Below are positions 49,507-62,900 of a DNA stretch of 64,000 bases, piece by piece (within the stretch, counting starts at the first letter, position 1; each line of letters opens with the position of its first letter). The notes below the pieces were generated by a model. It saw only the letters and a program-made list of their open reading frames with translations. It did not search any database and was not told where the DNA came from. The stretch comes from Mobula hypostoma. Lineage: Eukaryota. Where the stretch lies: positions 103,666,001 through 103,730,000 of the forward strand of contig NC_086108.1 of the NCBI RefSeq assembly GCF_963921235.1. The letters are read 5' to 3'. The position numbers and the translations under genes were made by a program.

Positions 49507-52500
49507 TTAGAGGCGGCTCACTAATTCTGACCTACAGTGACTCCTGTACTGATCTCAAACAATAGTGACCACTTCCAAGACACTTGTATTAGGCTGCCAG
49601 AAGTCATAAGTGTGGAATATAACCATCCTTTGAGCTCAGCAAACATTCACAGGTGGGCAGTAGCAGTTGGTTTAGCACCAGCAGCACATCTGGTAAACGA
49701 CTAATCTAAAAAAACAAAATTGCTTGACTCCCTTAATTCAAATTGGTCCATTTTTTGTTGGGAGGAGACTTCTCCAATTTTTTATTTCACATGTTTCCTT
49801 TATTATAAAATGCATTTGGTCTGATTAGAAACTTATTCTGTCTTGCAATGCTTTCTCCTGCCCTAGAATGTAGTTACCTTTCACCCAAGCTTATGAGTCA
49901 AGTAGTCAATTTGAGGACTCGTCCTAGAGCACTGAGGAATGGCAACAGACCCTTTGGCCCATTGAGTCTGTGCTGAACTGTTATTTTGCTCAGTCCCATC
50001 AACGCACACCTGGATAAAAGCCCTCTGTACCCCTCACATCCACATACTTACCCGAACTTCTCTTAAATGTTGCAGTCCAACTCGCATCCACTACTGCTGC
50101 TGGAAGCTCATTCCACACTTGCGCTGCCCTCTGAGTAAAGAAATTCTCCCCCCCCCGAAAAGATATTAAATACTTCACCCTTTCACCCTGAAACGATGAC
50201 GTCTAGTTCTAGTCTCACCACCTCAGTTGGGGGGGGGGGGTGGAACTGCTTGCATTAATCTATCTTTACCCCTCTAGGTGCTCTTTAAACGTCCGAGGAT
50301 AGACGTTGCTTTTGTTCCTGCATTGATGTAGTGAACCTCTGCTGTCCCCTATCTGAGGCTGATGTTTCTTCCTTGAGGTGTAACGGCCAAATGTTCTATC
50401 ATGGACTAAGGCGATCGGCAAAGGGAAGAATTGGATTGATCTCAGAATGGATTAATGGGCTAGCACAACATCGTGGGCCAAAGGGTCTGTACTGTGTTGT
50501 ACTGTTCATGTTCAAAACAATACCAGCTGCAGAGACATTCTTGCCTTGTACAATGGAAGCATTGGTACCTATCTCTTGACTTCCATCTTCCTTGACACAC
50601 AAACCAACATTCAGATTAGTTCCTGATTTGATTTTGTAACTACATAGCAGTTTTTTTTCCACCACTTTTTAAGTTCATCTTGTTTATTTGTGCCTGACTG
50701 AAATGTTGTTTAACACCACAACGTCAACGTGAGAGCCTCTGAGAACAAGTAACAGATTTCTTCCCATTGCAGTTCAATTATTCATGTTTTGAGAGCGTGT
50801 TCTGAAATGGTTGAGCTCTCAAATGCTTCAATTAGTTGCAGAGAGAAAAGGCATTTCCATTTATATTCCACACCTGTGACTTCTGGCAGCCCAATACAAG
50901 TGTCTTGGAAGTGGTCACTATTGCTTGAGATCAGTACAATGCCGCAAACTGAAGGGCGTAACTAATTAGATGATGTGCTTTAGCACTATTGGATAGGACA
51001 CAGTGCATATTAAGCTGGAAAATGCAGAAAAGAACCACAACATTATTACCTGGACTGAAGGATTTGAGCTATAAAGAGAGACAGGATAGACTGGGATTGA
51101 TTTCCATGGAGCAAAGGAGGCTGAGGTGTAACCTGATAGAAACTTATAAGATCGTGAGAGGCATAGATGAGATGGGTGGTTCTTCTTACGTCCATAACCC
51201 CTATGGGGGCATCGGCCACTGACAGCAGCTCACCAGAGTCCTCTGTCTTCCTCTCCCAGGAATAATGACGTTGGAGCTTCTGTTGGCATTTCTATAGTTC
51301 TGGGTTTTAAAGGATGTGGTTGCTGGCTCCTTACACAGTCAGCTGTGAAGTTAGTATGGATTATCACAGCTTTTTCCCCCTGGATAGGGGTGTCAGATAA
51401 ACGAGGTGAAAGCAGAAAGACGTGAGGAATCAGGAGCCTGTTTTCAAAACAGAGGGTGGTGGGTTAGTGGAACGAGTTGCCAGAGGAAATGGTAGAGGTG
51501 GGTGCAATTGCAATGCTTAAAATAATTTGTGGATAAACGGACTGGAAGATATAGGTCAAAGGCGGGGATGTGGGGCTAGCTCAAGCAGACACTTAGTTGA
51601 CACAGACGAGTTGAGCCAAAAGACCTGCTGTATATTTGAGTCTAGATTAGCAGCCGATTGTTCTGAATGTTCCCAGCATACTCCAGCATAGATAGGGCCT
51701 TTGTTTCATATTTCTGCAGGAAATGAGACCTCCCGGGGCACAGTGCTGTCCCTGTATTTTGACTAACTGTTGGACAAGAAGGGTATCAATAAGCTCAGAG
51801 TGCAGAGAAAATTTACAAGGACGTTACCAGGACTTGAGGACCTGAGTTATAGGGGAAGGTTGATTAGCGGTGGTACATTTGTGTAGCGGTCAGTGTAACG
51901 CCAGTGACTGGGGTTCAATTCCACGGCTTTCTGTAAGGAGTTTGTGTGATCTCCTCAAGACCATGGGGGTTTCCTCCCATAATCCAAGGACTTGCAAGTT
52001 AGTAGGTCAGTTGGTCACATGGGTGGTATTGGGTGGGGTGGGCTCAATAATGCGCCGCATCTTTAAGTAACTTTAAAATTAAGGTTAGGACTTTATTTTG
52101 TGGAGCGCAGGATGAGGGGAGATCTTATAAAGATATACCAAATTATGAGGGTTTAGATGGTGAATGCATGCTGTTTTTTTTCTCCTTTGATTGGGTGAGA
52201 CTAGAACTGGAGGTCATAGGTTTGGTATCAAAGGTGAAATATTTGAGTGGAAACTTCACTGAAAGGGTGGTGAGAGTGTGGAATGACCTACCAGCAGAAG
52301 TGGTGGAGGCAAATTCAGTTGTAACATTTAAAAGAAGTTTGGGTAGGTACATGGATGAGAGGGGTGTGAAAGGCTACAGTCTGGGTGCAGGTCGATGGGA
52401 CTAGGCAGAAAATGAAGCCAGCATGGACTAGATGGACTGAATAGCCTGTTTCTGTGATGCAGTACTCTATGACTCCAAGTCTCTACAGAAGATCATTGAA

Positions 52501-54413
52501 TTAAATTATATAGGTGAGTCTAATAATAGTCTATGTCTCCTAAAATGAGTAGACACTAAAGCGCATGGGAGAGAATATAAATTGGAATCAGGTTTAATAT
52601 CACCAGCATATGTTGTGAAATTTGTTAACTTTGTGGCAGCAGTACAATGCAATACATGATATAGGAAAAAATACCTGAATTACAATAGGTACATAGTTAA
52701 ATTAAGATGAGTAGTCAAAAAATAGAAATTTTAAAAAGGTAGTGAGGTACTGTTCACGGGTTCAAAATCCATTCAGAAATTGGATGGCGGAGAGGTAGAA
52801 GCTGTTCCTGAATCACTGAGTGTGTCTTCAGGCTCCTGTACCTCCTTCCTGATGGTAACAATGAGAAGAGGGCATGTCCTAGGTTCCTGATGGTGGAAGC
52901 GGCTTTTCTGAGGCATGGCTCTTTGAAGGTGTCTTGGATACTGTGGAAGCTAGCACCCATGAAGCAGCTGACTACTTTTATAACTCTGCAACTTACTTCG
53001 ATCCTGTGCAGTAGCCGTCCACCCCCTTCCCCCCCATACCAGATGGCGATGCAGCCAGTCGCAATGCTCTCCGCAGTACATGTGTAGAAATTTTCAAGTG
53101 TTTTAGATGACAAACCAAATAGAGGAAGGGGTGATGTGGCCATTAGCCGTATTGGGAACTGATAGTGTGTTTCTTTCCTAAAGCTACAATTGTTATCTGC
53201 CTCTTGGGAGGCCCATTGCTGTCACTTCACTGGCATATGGCACTTAAAGCAGACCACTTTCAGTCCTTCTGTTGGACTGAGGGGCAGGGAACGTTAGGCA
53301 GCCTGAAGCACCTTGTACATTTGCATTTCCACCAATTCTCAAGCGAAGTTGATTTGAGTTTATTGTCATGTGCATTATTAGGTTGAGGTACCAGGCGCAA
53401 TGAAAATGTTGCAACAGCATCACCCATTTGCAGGAAGGGTCAGTACACAGAACATAAATGTATTTTATGGACTCTGCAGAGAGTGATGCGGGCAGCCCAG
53501 CACATCTATAGATGTGAACTTCCCACTATTCAGGACATTTACAAAGACGGGTGTGTAAAAAGGACTCGAAGGATTGTTGGAGACCTGAGTTAGTCCAACC
53601 ACAAACTGTTTCAGCTGCTACCATCCGGGAAACGGTACCACAGCATCAAAGCCAGGACCAACAGGCTGTGGGACAGCTTCTTCCATCAGGCCGTCAGACT
53701 GATTAATTCATGCTGATACAACTGTATTTCTATATTATATTGACTGTATAGTGTATATTACATACTATTCAGACTATATAGACTAATAGTATATATTACA
53801 TACTATTTATTATAAATTACTATAAATTGCACATTGCACATTCAGGCGTTTACTCTTCACGTATATAACCATATAACAATTACAGCACGGAAACAGGCCA
53901 TCTCGGCCCTTCTAGTCCGTGCCGAATAATGGATGAAAGAAATGAAGTCAATGCAGTTCAATTCAGTTGTAAAAGCAAATGACACCAGTGTGTGAAATAA
54001 GACCTTAATGTGAAAAAGATGACACAAGCAGAGACGAGTGCAGACAAGTGCAAAAGATAGTTCACAGTGTTCTGTTCCTGAGATTCCGGGTTGGATCAAG
54101 AACGTGATGGTGGTAGGAAAGTAGCTGTTCCTGAACCTGGTAGTTTGGGACTTCGAGTATCCATACCTCCTACCTGATGGTGGCAGTGAGAGGAGGGCAT
54201 GTCCCAGATTAGAGATTAGCTTTATTTGTCATATCTACATTGAAATATATAATGAAATACATCATTTGTGTCAAATCAAATCAGCGAGGGTTGGGCTGGA
54301 CAGCCCACAAATGTTGTCACGATTCTGGTACCAACATAGCATGCCCATAACTCACTAACCCTAACTGTGTGACTTTGGAATATGGGAGGAAACTGGAGCA
54401 CCCAGACAAAACC

Positions 54414-55312
54414 TTAAAGTAAAGGAGCCCTTAGGAGGCAGTGATCATCATATGATAGACCTCACCCTGCAATTTGAGAGGGAGAAGCTAAAGTCAGATG
54501 CATCAGTATTAAAGGGAATTACAGAGGCATAAGAGAGGAGCTGACCGAAGTTACTTGAAAGGGAACACTGACATGAATGATGGCAGAAAAGCAGTGGCTG
54601 GAGTTTCTGGGACAAGTTCATAAGGAGCAGGATAGATACATCCCAAAGAAGTAGTATTCTAAAGGCAGGATGATGCAACTGTGGCTAACAAAGGAAGTCA
54701 AAAACTAGAGAAGACATACAATAGGGCATAAATTTGTGGAAAGTTAGAGGATTGGAAACATTTAAAAACCAATAGAACGTAACTTAAAAAGCCAAAAAGA
54801 GAGAAAAGATGAAGTGTGAAGGGAAGCTAGCCATTAATAACAAAGAGAATACCAAAAGTTTTTCAGATATATAAAGAGAAGCGAGAGTAGATATCAGACC
54901 ATTGGAAAATGATGCCGGAGAGGTAGAAATGGGGGAACAAGATAATGGCAGATGAACTGAATAAGTATTTTGCATCAGTCTTCACTGTGGAATTTGGTGA
55001 GTCTAGGACCAGAGGGCACAACCTCAGAATAGAGAGGCATCCATTTAGAACAGAGATGAGGAATTTCTTTAGCCAGAGGGTGGTGAATCAGTGGAATTCA
55101 TTGCCATAGGCTACTACGAAGGCAAGATCATAGGGTGTATATATTTAAGATGGAGGTTGATAGGCTCTTGATTAGTCAAGGCATGTAAGGTTACAGGGAG
55201 GAGGCAGGAAAATAGGGTTGAGAGGGGAAAATGGATCAGCCGTGATGAAATGGCGGAGCAGACTCAATGGGCTGAATGGCCTAATTCTGCTCCTACCTCT
55301 TATGGTCTTATG
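54414..55312 (+). mobile_element. Internally deleted CR1 inserted in a minus-strand V-SINE (54210-54413 + 55313-55430)
   Basis: EPLGGSDH APE remnant joined to the CR1 3' end; AAACC repeated at both junctions. Confidence 0.8.
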
Positions 55313-55771
55313 GAAACCCATGCAGTCACAGGGAAAACTTAAAGACCTTACTGACAGCAGTGGGAATCAGACCCCAATCATACAACTGGCATTGTAAAGT
55401 GCTGTGCTAACCCCTATGCTACTGTGCTGAAAACGGTCCTTAAAGATAGATGCCAGAACCTCGAGGCAACGCTTTCTATAGATGCTGTCCGTAGTAGGGA
55501 GGGCTATGCCCGTGATGGATCTGGCTGTGCCCATGACTCTCTGCAGCTACTGCATTCCTGTGAGTTGGATTTGCTGTGATGCAGCTAGTCAGGATACTTC
55601 AAACAGTGCACGTGTAAAAGTTGGTTCTGTGGTAAAGGGTATGCCAAGGGCAGTGCTGACTGCAGGCTGGTTGTCCAAGGTCTGGTGCATGTTCTCCATT
55701 GGAAACGGAGTCCTGTACTGTGGTTATAGAGGCAGCTACCTCACGATGAGGCAGTCCTCCGTGATCCTGGC

Positions 55772-56106
55772 CACTGTTCCCTCTAAGCTGCATGGGGACA
55801 TGACCGCGTAGTAACGAAAATGCTCTGGTGGACATAGACTTTGTTGCACAGCTGGAATTGGACACATCTGTAAAAAGTTTATGAAACATGCAAGATTTTC
55901 TTTGTACTGTATTTCATTATAGCTTTCAATGAATAAATCAAAAGTATGTTATATTCCCATTTTCTTTCTAAATATTCATAGTATTCATATTACCAAAAAA
56001 TACATTTGAAATGCTGTGCAGTTTTCAGGCCATGTTTTTAAAAAAAAAATTTCCTGCTCCGAGCAATGGTTGGTCTGTGCAGTAAAAAAAAATAGAGGGA
56101 ATATTG
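55772..56106. mobile_element. hAT-superfamily MITE
   Basis: TIRs CACTGTTCCCTCTA / TAGAGGGAATATTG and perfect 8-bp TSD ATCCTGGC (55764-71, 56107-14). Confidence 0.88.
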
Positions 56107-56129
56107 ATCCTGGCAGTTGATTTCAATGG

Positions 56130-56720
56130 TTCATGAGACATAGGAACAGAATTACGCCATTTGGCCCATTATGTCTGCTCTGCCATTCCATCATGGCTGA
56201 TTTATTATCCCTCTCAATCCCATTCTGCCTTTTCCCCCATAACCTGTGACACCCTTACTAATCAGAACCTATCATTCTCTGTTTTAAATATACCCATCGA
56301 CTTGGCCTCCACAGCCCTCCAGCAGTGAATTGCGCAAATTCACCACCCTCTGACTAAATAAATTCCTCCTCATCTCTATTCTGAAGGGGCACCCCTGTAT
56401 TCTGAGGCTGTGCCGTCTGGTCCGAGACTCTCCCACTATAGAAAACATCCTCTCCACGTCCACTCTATCTAGTCCTTTCAATATTCGATATATTTCAATG
56501 AGATTACCACCCACCCCCACCAACCACTTAAACTCTGAGTACAGACTCAGACCTTTCAAACGCTTCTGGTATGTTAACCCTTTCGTTTCCGGGATCATTC
56601 TTGTGAGCCTTACCTGAACCCTGTCAATGCTAGCACACGTTTCCTTAGCTAATAGGCCCAAAACTGCTCGCATTACTTCCAAGTGCAGTCTGACTAATGC
56701 CTGATAAAGCCTTGTCATTG
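56130..56720 (-). mobile_element. CR1 3' fragment
   Basis: LKGLDRVDVERMFSIVGESRTRRHSLRI..FSQRVVNL. Confidence 0.88.
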
Positions 56721-58035
56721 TAGAATTGGAAAGGGTTAAAAAGCTGTCAGTGCAGCTGGCTTTGAAAGCCGTAGCCCGGATGACCACAGCAGGAGCCGCA
56801 GATAATGGAACAGATGGTGCAGCGCTCTCAGAAGAGACCCATCGGAAGAGCTGATAAGGGGAGCTCTCAGAGTTCTGTTTTCAGCTGTGCTGAGGTACAA
56901 CAAACATAAGGCCGTTTCCAGATAACTTCTACGTGCCAAAGTAGATCAAAATTCTCTTTCATTTTGTGTTGTCTGCTCTGAGGCTAGTAAGATCAGTTTC
57001 CTCGGACTCTGATCATTGTAGTTTTCTGTTCTCTCCCTTCTCATCTAAAGCAGTTGAAATCTAATTCTGTTTGACAATTGGAAAGCATTAATGGAATTGG
57101 ACAAAACTGTCCTCCTTAATGGTAGATCGTATTGAAAGGTGACTGGACCAGTAGTTATCTTGGGTAACTGCTGAAGCAATACCGCCACTCTTCAGTTCTC
57201 CAGACTAGAGGGCACAGCCTCGGAATGCAAGATTGTCTCTTTTGGACAGAGATGAGGAATTTTTTCAGCCAGACGGTGGTGAATCTGTTGAATTCATTGC
57301 CACAGAAGGCTGTGGAGGCTAAGTCATTGGTTATACTTAAAGCAGAGGTTGATATATTCTTGTTAAGATATCAAAGGTTAAGTGGAGAAAGTAAGAGGAT
57401 GGGGTTGAGAGGAATAATAAATCAGCTCTGATGGAATGGCAGAACAAACTCAATGGGCCGAATGGTCTAATTCTGCTCCTGTGTCTTCTGGTCTTAACCC
57501 CAATACATCGGGGAAGGGAAAAATGGATTTTTTTTCCGGTGCACTCATCCAGCATGTGATTTGAAACTGAGAGTCTGGAGATCTTGCATTTCATTTTGGC
57601 TTTAGGTTTGCCTGTACTTCCTGTAAACCTCTAGGGCCCCACCACGCTGTTCCAGCACCAGCGTTCACCGATTGGAGATCAGTTCCTGCTGTCATTTGTA
57701 AGGAGTTTACACATTCTCCCTGTGACCAGCTGTGTTTGCTCTGGTTTCCTCCCACATTCCAAAGACGTACAGGTTGGGGTTAGTAAGCTGTAGGCATGCT
57801 ATACTGGTGCTGGAATTCTGGCAACACTATGGGCTGCCCCTGTCACAGTCGCAGTCGCAAACAAAAGAACCTTTTTTGTGAAGTACCCTCTTATTTACTC
57901 TGCCGGTTCTAATTTTTCTGACCAAAATGTGCCATTTGACACTTCTCGGCTTTGAATTTTATCTGCCTATTCCAACACACCTCATCAAAGTCCAGCACTC
58001 AGCACTATACTCCACAGCTAGATAATCCACCATGT

Positions 58036-61000
58036 TTCTTTTCCAATATTTTTATTAATTTCTTACATAAAAGAATACAGAGTACAGTAGAATATATAAT
58101 ATATCGATTATAATATGCAATCACAGATAAGGTGTTATTACCCCATATCCATATAAAATTAAATTTAAACATAATATTAAAAGGAGATAATTATATTATT
58201 ACAAAAAAATCTAAACCCACTACCAGAAAAAAAACAGCAGTTAGGTTTAAAAAAAAAAGGAAAAGATCCTTAACATATAGTAGAACATATTATTTGCCAA
58301 CATCTGTGCTTAATAGCAAATCAAAGGTTATAAAAATAATTCAAAAAAGGTTCCCACAATGTTAAAAAAATCTCGTCTAGGTTCGGAAATTGAACAGCAA
58401 ATCTTCTCTAAATTTAAGCAAGATATAACATCATGTAACCAATGAGTATGAGCAGGCAGAGTGGCATCCTTCTATTTAAGCGACAATACCCTCCTGGCTA
58501 TGAGAGAAATAAAGGCCAAAATATGCAGATCCTGTTTCTTCCAAAATAATATCATTTCCTCCAACAATACCAAATAAGGCCGTCAAAGGATTAGGTTTAA
58601 AATTTACTTTAAAAAGCACAGAAAAAGTTTGAAATACTTCCAATATGTTTCAAGACTCGGACAAGTCCAAAACATATGGATTAATGAAGCTTCTCCAATA
58701 TTACATCTATCACAAAATGAAGATGTATCCGAGTAAAAACGAGACAGCTTATCTTTAGACATGTGGGCCCTATGAACCACTTTAAATTGTAGAAGGGAAT
58801 GACGGGCACATAACGAAGAAGTATTAACCAATTAAAAAATTTCATTCCAAGTGTCCTCGGAAATTGAAATCTGTAAATCTTGTTCCCAAAGATTTTTAAC
58901 TTTATCTAAAGAAATATTTCTCATTCCCAACAACATAGCATAAATATTAGAAATAGATGCATTTTGGAAGGGTTTCAAATTAAAAATTATATCAAGTAAA
59001 TTTTTATCTGGACTTTTAGGAAATGTATGAACTTGAACGCAAAAAATCTCTAATTTGTAAATATGGAAAAAAGTGAGTTCTTGGTAGGCTATACTTAACT
59101 GACAGTTGTTCAACTGAAGAGAGACTATCTCCAACAAACAAATCATGAAAACATTTAATACCCAATCTATTCCACTCTTTAAAAACTACATCAGACGTGG
59201 AAGGTTTTAAAAAAAAAGGTAGAGAAAATGGGACTGGAAAGTGAAAAACTCAATAAACCAAAATATTTTCTAAATTGTACCCAAATCCTCAAAGTGTGTT
59301 TAACTACAAAATTATCAGCTAAATTGCTTAAAGATAAAGGAATTGAGGATCCGAGAAGAGGAATAATAGAGAATTTATTAACAGAGTTAGCTTCTGAAGA
59401 AACCCAAATCGGACATTCCTCTTGGTTAATATAATATAACCAAAACGTAAGATTTCGTATATTGTCTGCCCAGTAATAAAACCTGAAATTGGGTTAGGCG
59501 AAACCTCCCTTTTTAGCTTTTTGAAGATGAACTTTGTTTAATCGAGAAATTTTATTCTTCCATATATAAGAAGATATAATAGAATCCAAAGAATCAAAAA
59601 AGGACTTAGGATAAAAACAGGTATGGCCTGAAATAAATATAAAAATTTAGGCAAAATATTCATTTTAATAGAATTAATTCGGCCAGTCAATGATAGAGAG
59701 AGGGGTGACAATTTGAAAGTGCCTTCTTAACATAATTCAGAAGTGTAAAAAATTTTCCTTAATAAGGAATTTATAATTCCTTGTAGTCATAGTCATACTT
59801 TATTGATCCTGAGGGAAATTAGTTAGTAATTGTTACGCCCAAATAAGTAAATCAATTTCTTACAATTTTCAAAGGAAGATTAGTATTAACTAATACCAAA
59901 TTATTCAAAGGAAAAAGTTCACTCTTATGAAAGTTAAGTTTATTTCCAGAGAATTGACTAAAATAAGAAAGTAAAGAAAGTAGAGAAGGTAAAGAAGACT
60001 CCACATTAGAAATGTAGAGCAAAAGGTCATTAGCATAAAGCGAAACTTTATGGGTAATACCCCTCCTTAAAATACCAGAGATATCATTAGATTCCCGGAA
60101 AGCAATAGCTAAAGGTTCTAAGACCAAATCAAAAAGCAAGGGAATCAAGGGACAACCTTGTCTAGTTCCACAATAAAGTTTAAACAGTTTAGAGTACTGA
60201 GATTAAGTAAGAACCTGAACGGAAGGAGATGACTAAAGTAATTTAATCCATTGAATAAAATCGGGCCCAAAGTTAAATTTTTCTAAAGTTTTAAATAAAT
60301 AATTCCATTCAACCCGATCAAAGGCTTTCTCAGCATCTAAGGATATCACACATCCCGAAATCTGTTTAGGAGGGGAATAAATAACATTCAGTAAATGACG
60401 AATATTAAAGTGGGAGAATCGATTTTTGATAAATCCAGTCTGACCATCAGAGATAATAGATGGCAAAATATTTTCAATTCTATGAGCCAAAAGTTTAGAT
60501 AAAATTTTAGTATCAATGTTAAGAAAGGAAATAGGTCTATAAGAAGAACATTCAAGAATAAGCAAAATAGAGGCTTCATAAAAAAGATTGTGGCAACTTG
60601 CTTAATTTAAAAGAGTCTGAAAGGACAGAATAAAAATGAGGTATAAGCAAAGAGGAAAAAGCCTTATAAAACTCTCCAGAAAATCCATCAGGACCTGGAG
60701 ACTTCCCCTAGTGCAAAGCATGAACAACATCGGCAATTTCCTCATAGGAAATACGTTATTCCAACAATTTTCGAATATCATCAGAAAGTGTAAGAATGTT
60801 TAATCGATCTATAAAATTATTCATTAGAGTGTTATCTTTAGGAGGATCAGAACTATAGTTTAGAGTACAATTCTCTAAAAGCATTTATTTCTAAATGATC
60901 AGATGTTTTATCACCATTAGCTTTACAAATTTCTTTAATTTGATGTTTAACTATAAAGGTCTTTAATTGGTTGGCTAATAGTTTCCCCTTTTTATCTCCA

Positions 61001-62071
61001 TGAACATAAAACTGACTTATAAAGTTGCATTTCAATTGGATAAGTTAAGAGCAGATCATATTTAGTTTTAATTTCAACACGTCTTCTATATAAAACAGGA
61101 TCTGGAACCAAAGCATATTTTTGGTCTAATTGTTTCAACTGATTGACTAATTCAATTACCTCCTTATTAGCTTTTTTCCTAACACTAGTGGTAAAAGAAA
61201 TAATTTGACCTCTAATATAAGCTTTAAAAACATTCCATAAAATAAGACTAGAAGTCTCTTCCAGCATATTCACTTCAAAAAAAAAGTGTCTCTCCAAAAA
61301 TTAAAAATAATCTTTAACACAATTGAATTAAAATGCCAGAATCTATTTAGTTGGGAGATACCCGGAAGATTTAAAGATAAAAACACAGGAGCATGATCTG
61401 AATCAGCAATTTCTTTATATTCACAGGATTGAGCTAATGGAATCAATTGGCTATCAACAAAAAAAATCAATCCTGGAATTCGTATGATGAACATGAGGAA
61501 AAAAATGAGTACTCTTTATCTGTTGGATGTAAAAAAAACGTTAAACATCAACAATATCACATTTCATTAGAAAAGTTTGGATAAAGGAGGCAGATCTACT
61601 ACATGTCAATCATTTAGAAGAAGAACGATCTAAAACAGGATCTAAACAACAGTTGAAGTCTCCTCCTAAAATCAAAGAATATAAACTTAAATCTGGTAAA
61701 AATGAAAAAAAAATTCAGAAAAGCCTGGATCATCTATATTCGGGGCAAACAAATTAGCAAAAAACTAATTATTATCTAATTTCCCTGAGATTATAACAAA
61801 ACGCCCATTAGTATCAGACACTACATTACGTTGAACGAAAGAAACTGAATTGTCTATAAAAATTGAAACTCTTCTTGCCTTAGCCTGAAAGGAGGAATGG
61901 AAAGATACATCCTTCCAACAGCTGGAAAAAATGTAAATTATCACATTTACGAACATGTGTTTCTTGTAAAAAAAAATTGAGACATTCAATTTCTTAATAT
62001 AATTAAATACCTTATTGCATTTCACAGGATCCTTTCACATTAAAACTAAGTAAATTAGAAATATGGTCCAT
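58036..62071 (-). mobile_element. Decayed L1 ORF2, near full length (APE-RT-CCHC)
   Basis: MDHISNLLSFNVKG, DTNGRF, SDHAPV, SSYRPISFLNID, SLDAEKAFDRVEW, SLYANDLLLY and CDRC..HMFWTCP. Many frameshifts; AATAAA tail. Confidence 0.93.
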
Positions 62072-62118
62072 TTCAAATATTGCTTAAAGGAGATATCTGA
62101 ATAAAAACTGCTGGAATA

Positions 62119-62900
62119 CAGGTGTCCCCCGCTTTTCAAACGTTCATTTTACGAAACCTCACTGTTACGAAAGACCTACATTAGTACCCTGTTTTCGCTT
62201 TCAGAAGGTGTTTTCACTGTTACGAGAAAAAAGCAGTGCACGATAAAAAATTCAGCGCGCGAAAAAATCAGCACGTGCCCCGAGCAGCCACTCTCCCCCG
62301 GATTCGGAACTGCATTCTCACCAGCATTGCTTAAACACGTGGCTGTGAGTAGCAGTTTGCAAGATGAGTTCTAAGGTATCGGAAAAGCCTAAAAGAGCAC
62401 GTAAGGCTGTTGCACTTAGCGTAAAACTAGACATAATTAAGAGCTTAGATCGTGGTGAACGAAGCAAGGACAAAGTGAGTTTGGCTTGTGGAAGCTGACG
62501 AACATGATGTTGAAGAGGTTTTGGCATCCCATGACCAAGAACTGATAGATGAAGAGCTGATGCATTTGGAAGAGGAAAGGATAACAATCAAAACCGAATG
62601 CAGTAGCGAACTGAACGTGAAGCAACTGCATGAGATTTTCGCTGCAATGATAAAGTACGACTTTAATTTTGAAAGGGTACGTGGGTTTAGGGGATATTTG
62701 CAAGATGGTTTGAGTCCTTACAAAGAACTGTATGATAGAAAAATGCGCGAGGCTAAGCAGTCAAACATACTGTCGTTTTTCAAGCCTTCCACATCAGCCA
62801 CAGCAGACGACGAACTTCGACCTTTGACATCGAGGCGGGCAGTCATAGGAGAAGTTGAGCGGCCTGCCCTAATGGAAACAGATGACAAGATGACACCCCA
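62119..62900 (+). mobile_element. Internally deleted pogo/Tigger transposon, 3' end lost
   Basis: TA|CAGGTGTCCCCCGCTTTTC TIR. N-terminal MSSKVSEKPKRARKAVALSVKLDIIK and TIGD1-like C-terminal LSPYKELYDRK..KQSNILSFFK. Confidence 0.85.

Noticed and set aside
50320..50365. C/D-box snoRNA (TGATG..CTGA)
   Set aside because: No canonical RUGAUGA C box, too short, and no terminal stem.
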